DNA of 64,000 bases from a virus. The first letter of the stretch is position 1. Every line of letters starts with the position of its first letter. The stretch lies in the IMG/VR virus record IMGVR_UViG_3300009512_000010, positions 32,001 to 96,000 of that record; one strand, 5' to 3'. Below are positions 1 to 7,837 of the stretch, piece after piece. A program made the position numbers and the translations under genes. The notes under the pieces are model-generated. The model was given only the letters and a program-made list of their open reading frames with translations. It had not been told where the DNA came from and searched no databases.

Positions 1-364
1 TCAGCGTGTCTCCAATGATAGAGTGAAGCTTACCCACGTTCTTAGCACTCTTTAGATTAGCTCCGATCTTAGACAAGTCATCGCCTGTCTCAGCTTTAAT
101 CTTAGCAATAATCTTAGGTGCTTTAGAAGCGGCTAGTTTCAATGCATCAACATCAAAGACTTTGCCTTCAAGTCCTACGAGATTGTCTTTGACAAACCCC
201 TTACCCGATCCCGCTCCGCCCGCCATAATAACAACGTTACCAAACTTAGGATAGGCTCTACCACCAAACGTAATAAGCTTTTCAAGGAGAATATCAAAGT
301 GGGCTTCGATATACTCCTCGTCTAGCACTTGGGTGTCTGCCATAAAATTTCTAAAATTCTTCAA
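1..364 (-). CDS. P-loop kinase (zeta-toxin/AAA-like), probable internal head protein; runs off the left edge
   Basis: Manual translation MKNFRNFMADTQVLDEE...VIMAGGAGSGKGF (Walker A). TTG start with GGAG RBS, downstream of a late promoter. Not in the ORF track. Confidence 0.7.
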   Translation of the reverse strand, partial: MKNFRNFMADTQVLDEEYIEAHFDILLEKLITFGGRAYPKFGNVVIMAGGAGSGKGFVKDNLVGLEGKVFDVDALKLAASKAPKIIAKIKAETGDDLSKIGANLKSAKNVGKLHSIIGDTL

Positions 365-393
365 CTCTAATCTCCATAGATGCTTTTCACATC

Positions 394-401
394 TATTTAT
401 A
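394..401 (-). promoter_or_regulatory. T4-type late promoter TATAAATA
   Basis: Exact TATAAATA on the minus strand, about 30 nt upstream of the kinase gene; gp55 is encoded in the window. Confidence 0.75.
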
Positions 402-807
402 CAACTTGGTAAGGCTTGTTCCACTTACCAACATTGATATCTAAATAATAAGCAATGTGGAAGTAGTCAGTCATCATATCACTCTCGTCAAACCAACCAG
501 TACCTTTCATAGCTCCGATCAACTCACCGAAGAATTTACCGATAACACCTTCGCCTTCGTCAGCACGGTAAGGATTAACTTGGTAATAACCGTCTGTGAT
601 CTCATAGGCTTGTTCGCCACGCCACTCAGCCTTTTCAGCATTAGACTTGTTAGCCGCACCGATAAAGTCTAGAGCACCTTCTTTAAGGTTAACAACTAGG
701 CTAGAGTGATGACGAATAGCGATAGTGCCTTTAACGCCGTACTTCTTAAGAACAGCTTTGATTGAAGGAGCTAATGCTTTTTTGTCTTCTTGTGAAATGT
801 AGGCCAT
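397..807 (-). CDS. hypothetical early phage protein
   Basis: 136 aa ORF directly behind an early promoter/leader cassette. Confidence 0.8.
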   Translation of the reverse strand: MAYISQEDKKALAPSIKAVLKKYGVKGTIAIRHHSSLVVNLKEGALDFIGAANKSNAEKAEWRGEQAYEITDGYYQVNPYRADEGEGVIGKFFGELIGAMKGTGWFDESDMMTDYFHIAYYLDINVGKWNKPYQVV

Positions 808-840
808 GATGTATCTCGCTTTCTTTGTTTCTATACCATC

Positions 841-869
841 TTTGTATTTGATTCGGATTGGTTTGTCAA
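841..869 (-). promoter_or_regulatory. early sigma70 promoter with GANTC motif in spacer
   Basis: TTGACA-17-TACAAA; CGAATCA at 849-855. Confidence 0.75.
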
Positions 870-1005
870 CCCTCTTATTTCAATAAATAAATCTTTTGGC
901 ATAACACCAAGACCAACAGAAGTTCTGGTCTGGCAGTAATGAGCGTAATCTTTACACTCACTAGCTGATGGAAGTTCGTAGGCGGAAGGAAAAAAATCTA
1001 ACATA

Positions 1006-1395
1006 TTAAGATCCTGTTACTAATTCAAATGAACCGTCTGCTTGTCTATCGAAACCTTCCACATATCTGTGGTGGTTGTCTTGCTCAATAGCAGACTGTG
1101 TGATCAAGTATTCGGCGGCTTTCCAAAACTCTTTGACAGTGTTGCCCATGACATAGGCTTTGTAAACGATCTTCTCATGAGTGTTGTTCATCATCTGCTC
1201 AACTGTAGCACCTTTAGCAATAACTTCATAAGTGATCTTCTGTTGACCGTCACCCTTTTGGGCAGAACCTTCCCACTCACCTTCATACATCACTTGATCA
1301 AGGCTAGTGAACTCGGTGTCACAAGACCAGATTGAGTTGTAGTTCAGAGCATCTTGGTGGAAACCGAAGTATTTGCTTTGTTCATCGTAGGTCAT
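1006..1395 (-). CDS. hypothetical early phage protein
   Basis: 129 aa ORF behind an early promoter cassette. Confidence 0.8.
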   Translation of the reverse strand: MTYDEQSKYFGFHQDALNYNSIWSCDTEFTSLDQVMYEGEWEGSAQKGDGQQKITYEVIAKGATVEQMMNNTHEKIVYKAYVMGNTVKEFWKAAEYLITQSAIEQDNHHRYVEGFDRQADGSFELVTGS

Positions 1396-1427
1396 GTAAG
1401 TCTCACTTTCTTTGTTTCTATACTATT

Positions 1428-1456
1428 TTAATAGCACACCGATTCGGGGTTGTCAA
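1428..1456 (-). promoter_or_regulatory. early sigma70 promoter with GANTC motif in spacer
   Basis: TTGACA-17-TATTAA; CGAATCG at 1440-1446. Confidence 0.75.
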
Positions 1457-1459
1457 GCA

Positions 1460-1621
1460 CTAAATTGCAAGTATTAGATTCATTTCATCAACGATATCTT
1501 GGTATTTGGCAATCTTCTTCTCAATTGCATACTTCTTCATTCTTACTGATGAAGTGTTACCGTAAAACGTAGTTAGATATTTTTCTAACTTTTTGATTTC
1601 ATTTTCATACTGTTCTAGCAT
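1460..1621 (-). CDS. small hypothetical protein (53 aa)
   Basis: Manual translation MLEQYENEIKKLEK...; GAGGAG RBS. Confidence 0.6.
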   Translation of the reverse strand: MLEQYENEIKKLEKYLTTFYGNTSSVRMKKYAIEKKIAKYQDIVDEMNLILAI

Positions 1622-1635
1622 TTCAATCTCCTCTA

Positions 1636-1818
1636 CTAATCTACATAAGAATTAGTTATTTTATCCCATCCCCAAGCAACAAACTTGCCCATCTCTTCGC
1701 CTTCTTTAATGCCCACATTAAAAGCACACTCTTTAAAAGCAGAAGTGATCTCTAAATCAGGATACATATCGATTATCTGACACGCTTGATTATAGGCATT
1801 TTCAAAATTAGTATTCAT
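1636..1818 (-). CDS. hypothetical early protein
   Basis: 60 aa ORF, AGGAG RBS, own promoter. Confidence 0.75.
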   Translation of the reverse strand: MNTNFENAYNQACQIIDMYPDLEITSAFKECAFNVGIKEGEEMGKFVAWGWDKITNSYVD

Positions 1819-1834
1819 AAAAATCTCCTTGTTT

Positions 1835-2155
1835 CTACATTACACTCATAGCTGATTCGGATCGACTTGTCAACCCCTTTATTGCCATCTGCGCAACTTC
1901 TTCGAATTCGACATTGGCAATCATATCCTCAAGACGATCTTGGATCTCGACTAACTCGTCAAACGATTTGTCCATATCAAAGACAGCATCATTACAAGCA
2001 CCTGTGAGTTCTTCAATCTGCTTTTCGGTATCCCAATCAAAATCACCGCTTAGGGCATTTGATAGAGCACGTTCAGCATCACGCTTATTTGCTTTAAGAG
2101 CATTAGACGCTATGATGATATCTTCAAGAGTTTCTTTGATTAACTGGATAGACAT
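1835..2155 (-). CDS. hypothetical coiled-coil early protein
   Basis: 106 aa acidic helical ORF, AAGGA RBS, own promoter. Confidence 0.75.
   Translation of the reverse strand: MSIQLIKETLEDIIIASNALKANKRDAERALSNALSGDFDWDTEKQIEELTGACNDAVFDMDKSFDELVEIQDRLEDMIANVEFEEVAQMAIKGLTSRSESAMSVM
1845..1873 (-). promoter_or_regulatory. early sigma70 promoter with GANTC motif in spacer
   Basis: TTGACA-17-TATGAG; CGAATCA at 1853-1859. Confidence 0.7.
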
Positions 2156-2184
2156 TGCGAATCCTTTCTGAGATTACCCTTATA

Positions 2185-2213
2185 GTAATAGCGAATGATT
2201 CGTCCTATGTCAA
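2185..2213 (-). promoter_or_regulatory. early sigma70 promoter with GANTC motif in spacer
   Basis: TTGACA-17-TATTAC; CGAATCA at 2196-2202. Confidence 0.7.
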
Positions 2214-2216
2214 GCA

Positions 2217-3296
2217 CTATTTTCCGATATATTCGTGTGAGTAACACACTCTATCTGCGTGTTTGAAATGACTATCAGCAAATCCACCATAACTAGGTTT
2301 ATCTGGGTTTGCCATTGATCCTGTCTTATAATCCTGTCTGGATATACCATTCTTGGATGTAGCTCTCCATTTTTCGCTACGGTTACGATACTCTCCCAAT
2401 CTAGGGTGAGCCGTTTTTGTAAAATATCTTTTACCTTCGGCTAAATGAATATCGCCCAAAGCATCAGTCAACCTAGCACCTATGCCCAATCCTTGATACT
2501 CTGGTAATACCACTGTGCGATGACCTCGCCAAGCTTTCTTTAAACTACCAGAAGGCATGCTTAAGCTAGAAAGAAATCCGACAAGTCTGCCGTTCCATGT
2601 TGCGATCCAACAAGATGCACCTTTGTGGATGTGGTAGTCGAGATAGTGATGGTCGCTGAAGGTCGTCCAGATGTCTCTGGTACAAGGCTTGATTTCCAAA
2701 ACGATATCTGGCCTTTGATACCCCCTTGTGGTCAGCTTACCTGTTTGAGTATCGAATACCCAATCAGGTTGCAACCACTCAATGATGTCATAGTGACAAG
2801 AGGAGAATACGATGTTCTTTAGATTATTTCTTTTAACATAACGTGAGATAGCATTAGAGCAACTCTTAGCGACATCTCTATCAATAACAGATGTGAACTC
2901 ATCCACAACAATATTACTGCCTAGTTGCCTAGCTAACCTAGCTCGGAACTGTTCTCCATTAGAAAGAACATGATAGGGACGCATCCAAGAGGGAATACTG
3001 TTAAACCCAACAGCACCTAAACGATCTTGAACATCATCAATATCCTTGAAATGAGAAGCGATAGATTTGTTATCAAACCAATAAGGATCCTGTTCAGAAC
3101 CAAATTCTTTAAGTAGAGTGGTCTTACCAGATCCCGAAGGTCCTACAATAAGACCAATACCAAAGTCTTTGAGCGTTGTCTCACGATCAATTGAATTGAT
3201 TTCATGTGGATGAAACGTAGATGTCCCATCAAACTCATAGTCAAAGATCCGACTGATCTCATCCGTGATACCATCACGCTCTACTGTTACTTCCAT
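2217..3296 (-). CDS. ABC-type ATPase fused to GNAT (Mom-like) acetyltransferase
   Basis: Walker A GPSGSGKT, signature LSNGE, Walker B IVVDEF, H-loop SCH. C-terminal HHYL motif and acetyl-CoA motif RTVVLPEYQGLGIG. Confidence 0.8.
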   Translation of the reverse strand: MEVTVERDGITDEISRIFDYEFDGTSTFHPHEINSIDRETTLKDFGIGLIVGPSGSGKTTLLKEFGSEQDPYWFDNKSIASHFKDIDDVQDRLGAVGFNSIPSWMRPYHVLSNGEQFRARLARQLGSNIVVDEFTSVIDRDVAKSCSNAISRYVKRNNLKNIVFSSCHYDIIEWLQPDWVFDTQTGKLTTRGYQRPDIVLEIKPCTRDIWTTFSDHHYLDYHIHKGASCWIATWNGRLVGFLSSLSMPSGSLKKAWRGHRTVVLPEYQGLGIGARLTDALGDIHLAEGKRYFTKTAHPRLGEYRNRSEKWRATSKNGISRQDYKTGSMANPDKPSYGGFADSHFKHADRVCYSHEYIGK

Positions 3297-3816
3297 TTCG
3301 CTTTCCTTTCATCTTTGGGTTGTTAGCCCAATATATAGTGTTGGGTGGTAGGATCCCATGCATGAACCAAGCATTACCAAAGTGTGGTGCGCCACCACCT
3401 GTGAAGTCTACTCTGTTATTATACACCAGTGTAGACATTCCATAGTCCATGAACATCTGTCCACGTTTACCACCTTGGAACGATGCTACAGGTAGGAATA
3501 ACGCAAATGGTTTGCCTAACGAATAGCAATGCTCAATAAACTTATCCTTCAGACTGTATGGTGGATTAGTTATAATACCGTCATATACATCATCAGGTTG
3601 ACACCCAAAGAAATCTTTTCCCTGACTGCCTACCATATTATAACCGAATTTGTGCATTCCGTCAAGTATATTCGAAGAGATCCCCGAAGTAGCTTCGTAG
3701 TATGTCTTATCCTTATCTAGATATTCCAACAAAGGAATGATTTGATCTGATGGCGTGTAGCACTCATCACTTTCAGCATTCCGACTAGTTCGTTTAATCA
3801 TTTCAAGATTTGACAT
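3274..3816 (-). CDS. short N6-adenine (amino) methyltransferase
   Basis: DECYTP, DFF and catalytic IITNPPYS motifs. Confidence 0.75.
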   Translation of the reverse strand: MSNLEMIKRTSRNAESDECYTPSDQIIPLLEYLDKDKTYYEATSGISSNILDGMHKFGYNMVGSQGKDFFGCQPDDVYDGIITNPPYSLKDKFIEHCYSLGKPFALFLPVASFQGGKRGQMFMDYGMSTLVYNNRVDFTGGGAPHFGNAWFMHGILPPNTIYWANNPKMKGKRNGSNSRA

Positions 3817-3827
3817 TCTGTTCCACC

Positions 3828-3956
3828 TTAGTCATTTCTTTCATCCCGCCCCTTCTTAATTTCAAGGTACCTAGTCACCACTAAGTATGCGGCACCTATG
3901 TATGCAACTGATACCAACGGTACACTCAACAGTAGTCCAAGCAATTCTTTAGTCAT
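3828..3956 (-). CDS. small single-TM membrane peptide (42 aa)
   Basis: MTKELLGLLLSVPLVSVAYIGAAYLVVTR...; start overlaps the upstream stop (TAATG). Confidence 0.55.
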   Translation of the reverse strand: MTKELLGLLLSVPLVSVAYIGAAYLVVTRYLEIKKGRDERND

Positions 3957-4648
3957 TACATAAACTCCTCAAGGCTGTTACCCAAAGTAATCGAATGGGA
4001 ATTAACACAGTATCTGCGCATCTCAGTCATATTCAACCTCAACTCCAGTCTACGCTTTCCTAATTGAAGATATGTTCTACCGTACTTAGGATCTATCAAT
4101 GGTATGTCTACGTTTCGAGTTCCACGAAGCACCATCTCATCAATTAAATTGGGATTATGACGTTGTATTACTTTCAATAAGCAATACCAAACCTGACCAT
4201 CCTCTTTATCACGTATAGCACACAGCACGTGAAGATTGTTGGTCTTACTAACTTTTCTGATAAACGGTTCTATGAACATCTCATTTAGACCTTCATAGTC
4301 ACCCTTCTTTAACTGTACATAAAAATTATCTTGGCTTGATTGTAAGTTTTGAAGAATACTGGCTTCACTTGTTATGCTTTGTAGATTATTGCAACTGATA
4401 CCTTTAACATCAATATCAAGCCTTGGCGTTACGACATCAACAACGTTATTGCCTGCGCCACACCACTTAGCATTCTCTATACTATCCGATACAGCATACT
4501 CCCAAGTCTCCTTACCGATGTTAACAGTTCTAGACTTGTTTTGGTAAGGGGCATAGTAATCATTCATCTCTTTAGCAAACTTTTCATTAAAGTCTGAGCC
4601 TATAAGAGCATCATGCTTATCTATCGAAATTGGCTCATAGTATATCAT
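3956..4648 (-). CDS. putative PD-(D/E)XK restriction-endonuclease-like protein
   Basis: WE...DVV...DIDVK pattern. Start moved to ATG 4648 because the longer ORF overlaps tRNA-Trp. Confidence 0.5.
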   Translation of the reverse strand: MIYYEPISIDKHDALIGSDFNEKFAKEMNDYYAPYQNKSRTVNIGKETWEYAVSDSIENAKWCGAGNNVVDVVTPRLDIDVKGISCNNLQSITSEASILQNLQSSQDNFYVQLKKGDYEGLNEMFIEPFIRKVSKTNNLHVLCAIRDKEDGQVWYCLLKVIQRHNPNLIDEMVLRGTRNVDIPLIDPKYGRTYLQLGKRRLELRLNMTEMRRYCVNSHSITLGNSLEEFM

Positions 4649-4659
4649 ATATTTCCTAT

Positions 4660-4733
4660 TGGCAAAGGTGGAAGGAGTTGAACCCTCGCTTGCGGATTTG
4701 GAATCCGCCGTGCTACCATAACACTTCACCCCT
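4660..4733 (-). tRNA. trnW: tRNA-Trp (CCA)
   Basis: Cloverleaf: acceptor AGGGGTG/CACCTTT, anticodon arm GCGGA-TTCCAAA-TCCGC, GGTTCAA T-loop, encoded CCA end. Confidence 0.92.
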
Positions 4734-4740
4734 ACGCATT

Positions 4741-4818
4741 TGGTGTTTCCTGTAGGACTCGAACCTACGGCCTAGTCATTAGAAGTGACTTGCTCTAATC
4801 CAGCTGAGCTAAGGAAAC
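4741..4818 (-). tRNA. trnR: tRNA-Arg (TCT)
   Basis: Acceptor GTTTCCT/AGGAAAC, TAGCTCAG D-arm, AGTCA-CTTCTAA-TGACT anticodon arm, GGTTCGAGTCC, CCA end. Confidence 0.93.
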
Positions 4819-4824
4819 TAACTC

Positions 4825-5322
4825 TTATTTCACAAACTCTGTCGTGTAAGTAATACCATCAATTTTCCAATTAATGATTGAGTAACTATACTCTGTACGC
4901 TCAACGGTACGATAATAAGTTACGTAATCACAACGGTTCTCAGTTCGGTATCCTGTAATACCTTGACCGGGTTTTGGTTTAGCACCTTTGTCAGCACCCA
5001 CAAGACCACCAAAGATAGCTCCTGCGGCGGCACCCTTATCGTCGCCTGTGACACCTTTACCAACAAGACCACCAAGGATCATACCAAGTAAGGCTCCCTC
5101 TGCGGCATTGCCTTGTTTATGGACTGTACCATATACTGGAACATTTACATTCACACACTCTTTTTTAGTGTATGGTTCACTGTCCTGTACTACTGAATAG
5201 TAGTCCATCACTGTGCCCTTAATAGGTGTTGAATTCTCAGCACTAGCCTTTGTTGCCACAACAGCAGTTAGTAGCATAGCCGCACCAATGATCGTGTTAG
5301 TAATTAACTTATCTTTATTCAT
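4825..5322 (-). CDS. secreted/membrane glycine-zipper protein
   Basis: Signal peptide plus GALLGMILGGLVG...GAAAGAIFGGLVG glycine zipper. Confidence 0.75.
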   Translation of the reverse strand: MNKDKLITNTIIGAAMLLTAVVATKASAENSTPIKGTVMDYYSVVQDSEPYTKKECVNVNVPVYGTVHKQGNAAEGALLGMILGGLVGKGVTGDDKGAAAGAIFGGLVGADKGAKPKPGQGITGYRTENRCDYVTYYRTVERTEYSYSIINWKIDGITYTTEFVK

Positions 5323-5464
5323 CTTTTTCTCCTATCCAAACGTTTATTGTTACCATTCTCTCATTATGGTTCTGAAAAACTGCCCATTCGAGATCTGCTC
5401 CGCTTAATGCATTTCGTAAGACTTCCATCTTAGGCGTCTTAGGAATTGTTTGTTTCGGCATCAT
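5315..5464 (-). CDS. small hypothetical protein (49 aa)
   Basis: Manual translation MMPKQTIPK...; AGGAG RBS and upstream TTGACT-17-TATCAT promoter. Confidence 0.55.
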   Translation of the reverse strand: MMPKQTIPKTPKMEVLRNALSGADLEWAVFQNHNERMVTINVWIGEKDE

Positions 5465-5530
5465 GCGATTCTCCTTGTTAAAGTTATGATAACATCGTTT
5501 GTATTCTAAGTCAAGGTTTAAATTTATCTC

Positions 5531-5791
5531 TTAGGTTCTTCGTATATCTAATAGAGCACCTTCCACTCTTGATGGATACTCTCCAAGATATGTTCCTGCC
5601 ATAAGCATGTCCTTAGTTAGAAACTTCTTGTGTTGATGCTCTACGGTGTCCCACACCTTTAGCAACTTCTTAGCCAACCTATCAAACATAACGTCTTCTA
5701 GGATGGGATCGTCATCTATATAGTAAGCATACGCCGCCATCAAATACCAAGGAACAAGCATGTTATCGTTGTTATCAATGGTATCCATCAT
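5531..5791 (-). CDS. stand-alone NAD-dependent DNA ligase N-terminal (Ia)-like domain protein
   Basis: AYAYYIDDDPILEDVMFDRL resembles LigA YYxxDxPxxxDxxYDxL; start codon uncertain (ORF is open to 5875). Confidence 0.55.
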   Translation of the reverse strand: MMDTIDNNDNMLVPWYLMAAYAYYIDDDPILEDVMFDRLAKKLLKVWDTVEHQHKKFLTKDMLMAGTYLGEYPSRVEGALLDIRRT

Positions 5792-5939
5792 GATCTTTGT
5801 AATTTTGGCTATACTTCTACTTTTCTTCTTTTGGTTTGGGGATTGTGTGTTTTGACCAGTCATCGCAAGGGTCATCCTTCTCGTTGTCGAAGGAAGTTGA
5901 ATTAATCATCATGATGGTGTCCTTCTATACTCGGTTTAT

Positions 5940-5975
5940 TATTTATATAATAACAAACTACAATATAGATGTCAA
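5940..5975 (-). promoter_or_regulatory. tandem sigma70 (TTGACA-17-TATTAT) and late (TATAAATA) promoters
   Basis: -35 at 5970-5975, -10 at 5947-5952, TATAAATA at 5940-5947. Confidence 0.6.
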
Positions 5976-5980
5976 TAGCC

Positions 5981-6580
5981 TTATGGCGTTACAATTGTAA
6001 CATTCTGTGGGCATTCCATCTTAGTATTAGAATGTTTATGGAATAGTCTGAACTCCGTGTCAGGGAACTCTTTAAACAACTGAGGCCAAATTCCTCGCCA
6101 GTTGTTAGCCAGTCTGTTGGTGTTCTGTTGACCACGATCTGATTCTAGATAGAAATCAGTAGAGCTTGTCATGTCAAAGTCGAAGATAGAGTTAAAGCCA
6201 AACATGTTACACACCTTTGGTTTCCATCTACTGACGCCATAGTGTGTTGCTACGTGACCACAGTTGAAATCGGTTGCATTACGTGCGTATGGTGGCACAT
6301 CAAGGTAGAAGCCACGGATCTGTGATGCATGTCTTAGATAGAAAGAAGAGTTCTGTTCCATGTGGATCTTAGGTCTGTTGCCAAGGATCCAATGACCAGG
6401 AACTTGTACACTACCATCTTGGATTGCTCTCATCATTTTAAAGTCAACCATTATAGTCGCAAATACATTATCGATAGCCATGGGTGGTAGATTGCACGTT
6501 AGTCTAATACCCTTTTGGTCATCTCTAAAGTACCCTGCACTTTGACCATTACCAATAATGTTTACAATATCTTCGCTCAT
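5981..6580 (-). CDS. GT29/Maf(DUF115)-like glycosyltransferase-related protein
   Basis: N-terminal VNIIGNGQS and later MFGF motif; last gene of the GT cluster. Confidence 0.45.
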   Translation of the reverse strand: MSEDIVNIIGNGQSAGYFRDDQKGIRLTCNLPPMAIDNVFATIMVDFKMMRAIQDGSVQVPGHWILGNRPKIHMEQNSSFYLRHASQIRGFYLDVPPYARNATDFNCGHVATHYGVSRWKPKVCNMFGFNSIFDFDMTSSTDFYLESDRGQQNTNRLANNWRGIWPQLFKEFPDTEFRLFHKHSNTKMECPQNVTIVTP

Positions 6581-7209
6581 TACTTCATCATCTCTTTAAT
6601 TACTTCTTTACCCTTACCGCCTGTCCAATGCACGATAGCCGCATCGTCAAACCCTGGGTACTTATCTTGTATATCTAGGCGTAGGAAATTGTACCTTGCT
6701 GGCAAATGATTGATATGGGTAATCTCTCTGATGGGATCCCCACCAAGCATCCAATTCAACACTTCCTGATCACCAACTTCATTCGTTAGACCATCTTTGA
6801 TGTATCTAGCCCATTCAGATAGAATAGGTGGAATACCTTCAAACCCCACAACACCACTGTTGTACCAAGTACCACGATCACCACGTCTTGTAGTCCATGG
6901 ACGATCTACTGCCATAGTCAACTTCTGAGATGAAATGTGATTAAAGATACCGTCTAGGTTCTTCTTAACTTCGCAATCGCTGTCGATCCACACAACCTGA
7001 TCTGCAATAGCGGAAGCATCCATCATAGCGGCAGGTTTCTTAAACCAACCCTGTAGATCCTGTCTGAAGGTGTCAAACTCATAGACTGCTAGTTGCGCAT
7101 CTGGATTGTGTAGGGTAAAGTTTTCTTCGAACCACGGCAACATCCAATCAGTCTTTTTATCAGCCCCTGTGATATAGAGTTTGTTAAACTGCTTCTTAGA
7201 TAATGCCAT
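6580..7209 (-). CDS. GT-A nucleotide-diphospho-sugar transferase (GT8-like)
   Basis: WIDSD, NSGVV, GDQEVLN, HWTG motifs. Confidence 0.8.
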   Translation of the reverse strand: MALSKKQFNKLYITGADKKTDWMLPWFEENFTLHNPDAQLAVYEFDTFRQDLQGWFKKPAAMMDASAIADQVVWIDSDCEVKKNLDGIFNHISSQKLTMAVDRPWTTRRGDRGTWYNSGVVGFEGIPPILSEWARYIKDGLTNEVGDQEVLNWMLGGDPIREITHINHLPARYNFLRLDIQDKYPGFDDAAIVHWTGGKGKEVIKEMMK

Positions 7210-7837
7210 AGTCTTCTCCATAATTATGTTTGGCTAGACAGCCTGTCTCATTCTGAATAGTAGTAAAACTATCGTCACAGTCTACAGGCCATGGATAGTA
7301 CTCTTCTAGCCATGGGAATAGTCTGTTGTTAAGATATATATCTGTGGGTTGTGCATTGAATACCGCTTCGGCAATGATAGCTTCAGCACCCCTTGGAGTG
7401 ACTGCATATGCGTGTGCTCCGGGTAAGTATTGTTTTGAAACCAATTTACCAAGACCTAGATTGGGCATAATGTATTTACCATAGGATGGTTTACCGATGT
7501 TTACCAACCCATTGAATGGCATCTTGGGGATAGCCGCCTTGACAACCGCATCGTGCTCGAAGATAATGATTGATTCATTTAGTTCCACACACTTCTTCCA
7601 CAATAGGAAGTGTGACATGAATGCCGACACAACTCTATCATATCTTGAATACTTCTCAAGGAAGTTCTTAACAGGGATGCCGTGCTTTTCTGCCAAAGAA
7701 AACACACTCTGTTCTGGTGTGATAGCGTCAAACACCTCTATACTATCATCATTATGCCGTTTAAACGACTTTATGCAACGATCAGACATCTCCACACTCT
7801 GTGGATTATCTTTTATTGTGATAACAAATGCTCTCAT
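7196..7837 (-). CDS. glycosyltransferase family 25
   Basis: AFVI...FDAI...SHFLLWKKC...IIFEHDA...GAHAY. Confidence 0.85.
   Translation of the reverse strand: MRAFVITIKDNPQSVEMSDRCIKSFKRHNDDSIEVFDAITPEQSVFSLAEKHGIPVKNFLEKYSRYDRVVSAFMSHFLLWKKCVELNESIIIFEHDAVVKAAIPKMPFNGLVNIGKPSYGKYIMPNLGLGKLVSKQYLPGAHAYAVTPRGAEAIIAEAVFNAQPTDIYLNNRLFPWLEEYYPWPVDCDDSFTTIQNETGCLAKHNYGEDYGII

Noticed and set aside
4649-4729. N-terminal extension of the ORF 3956-4729
   Set aside because: It overlaps tRNA-Trp on the same strand; ATG 4648 is the plausible start
4660-4818. Suppressor tRNAs or stop-codon recoding
   Set aside because: The anticodons are CCA and TCT, and core genes are intact under the standard code with TAA, TAG and TGA all used as stops
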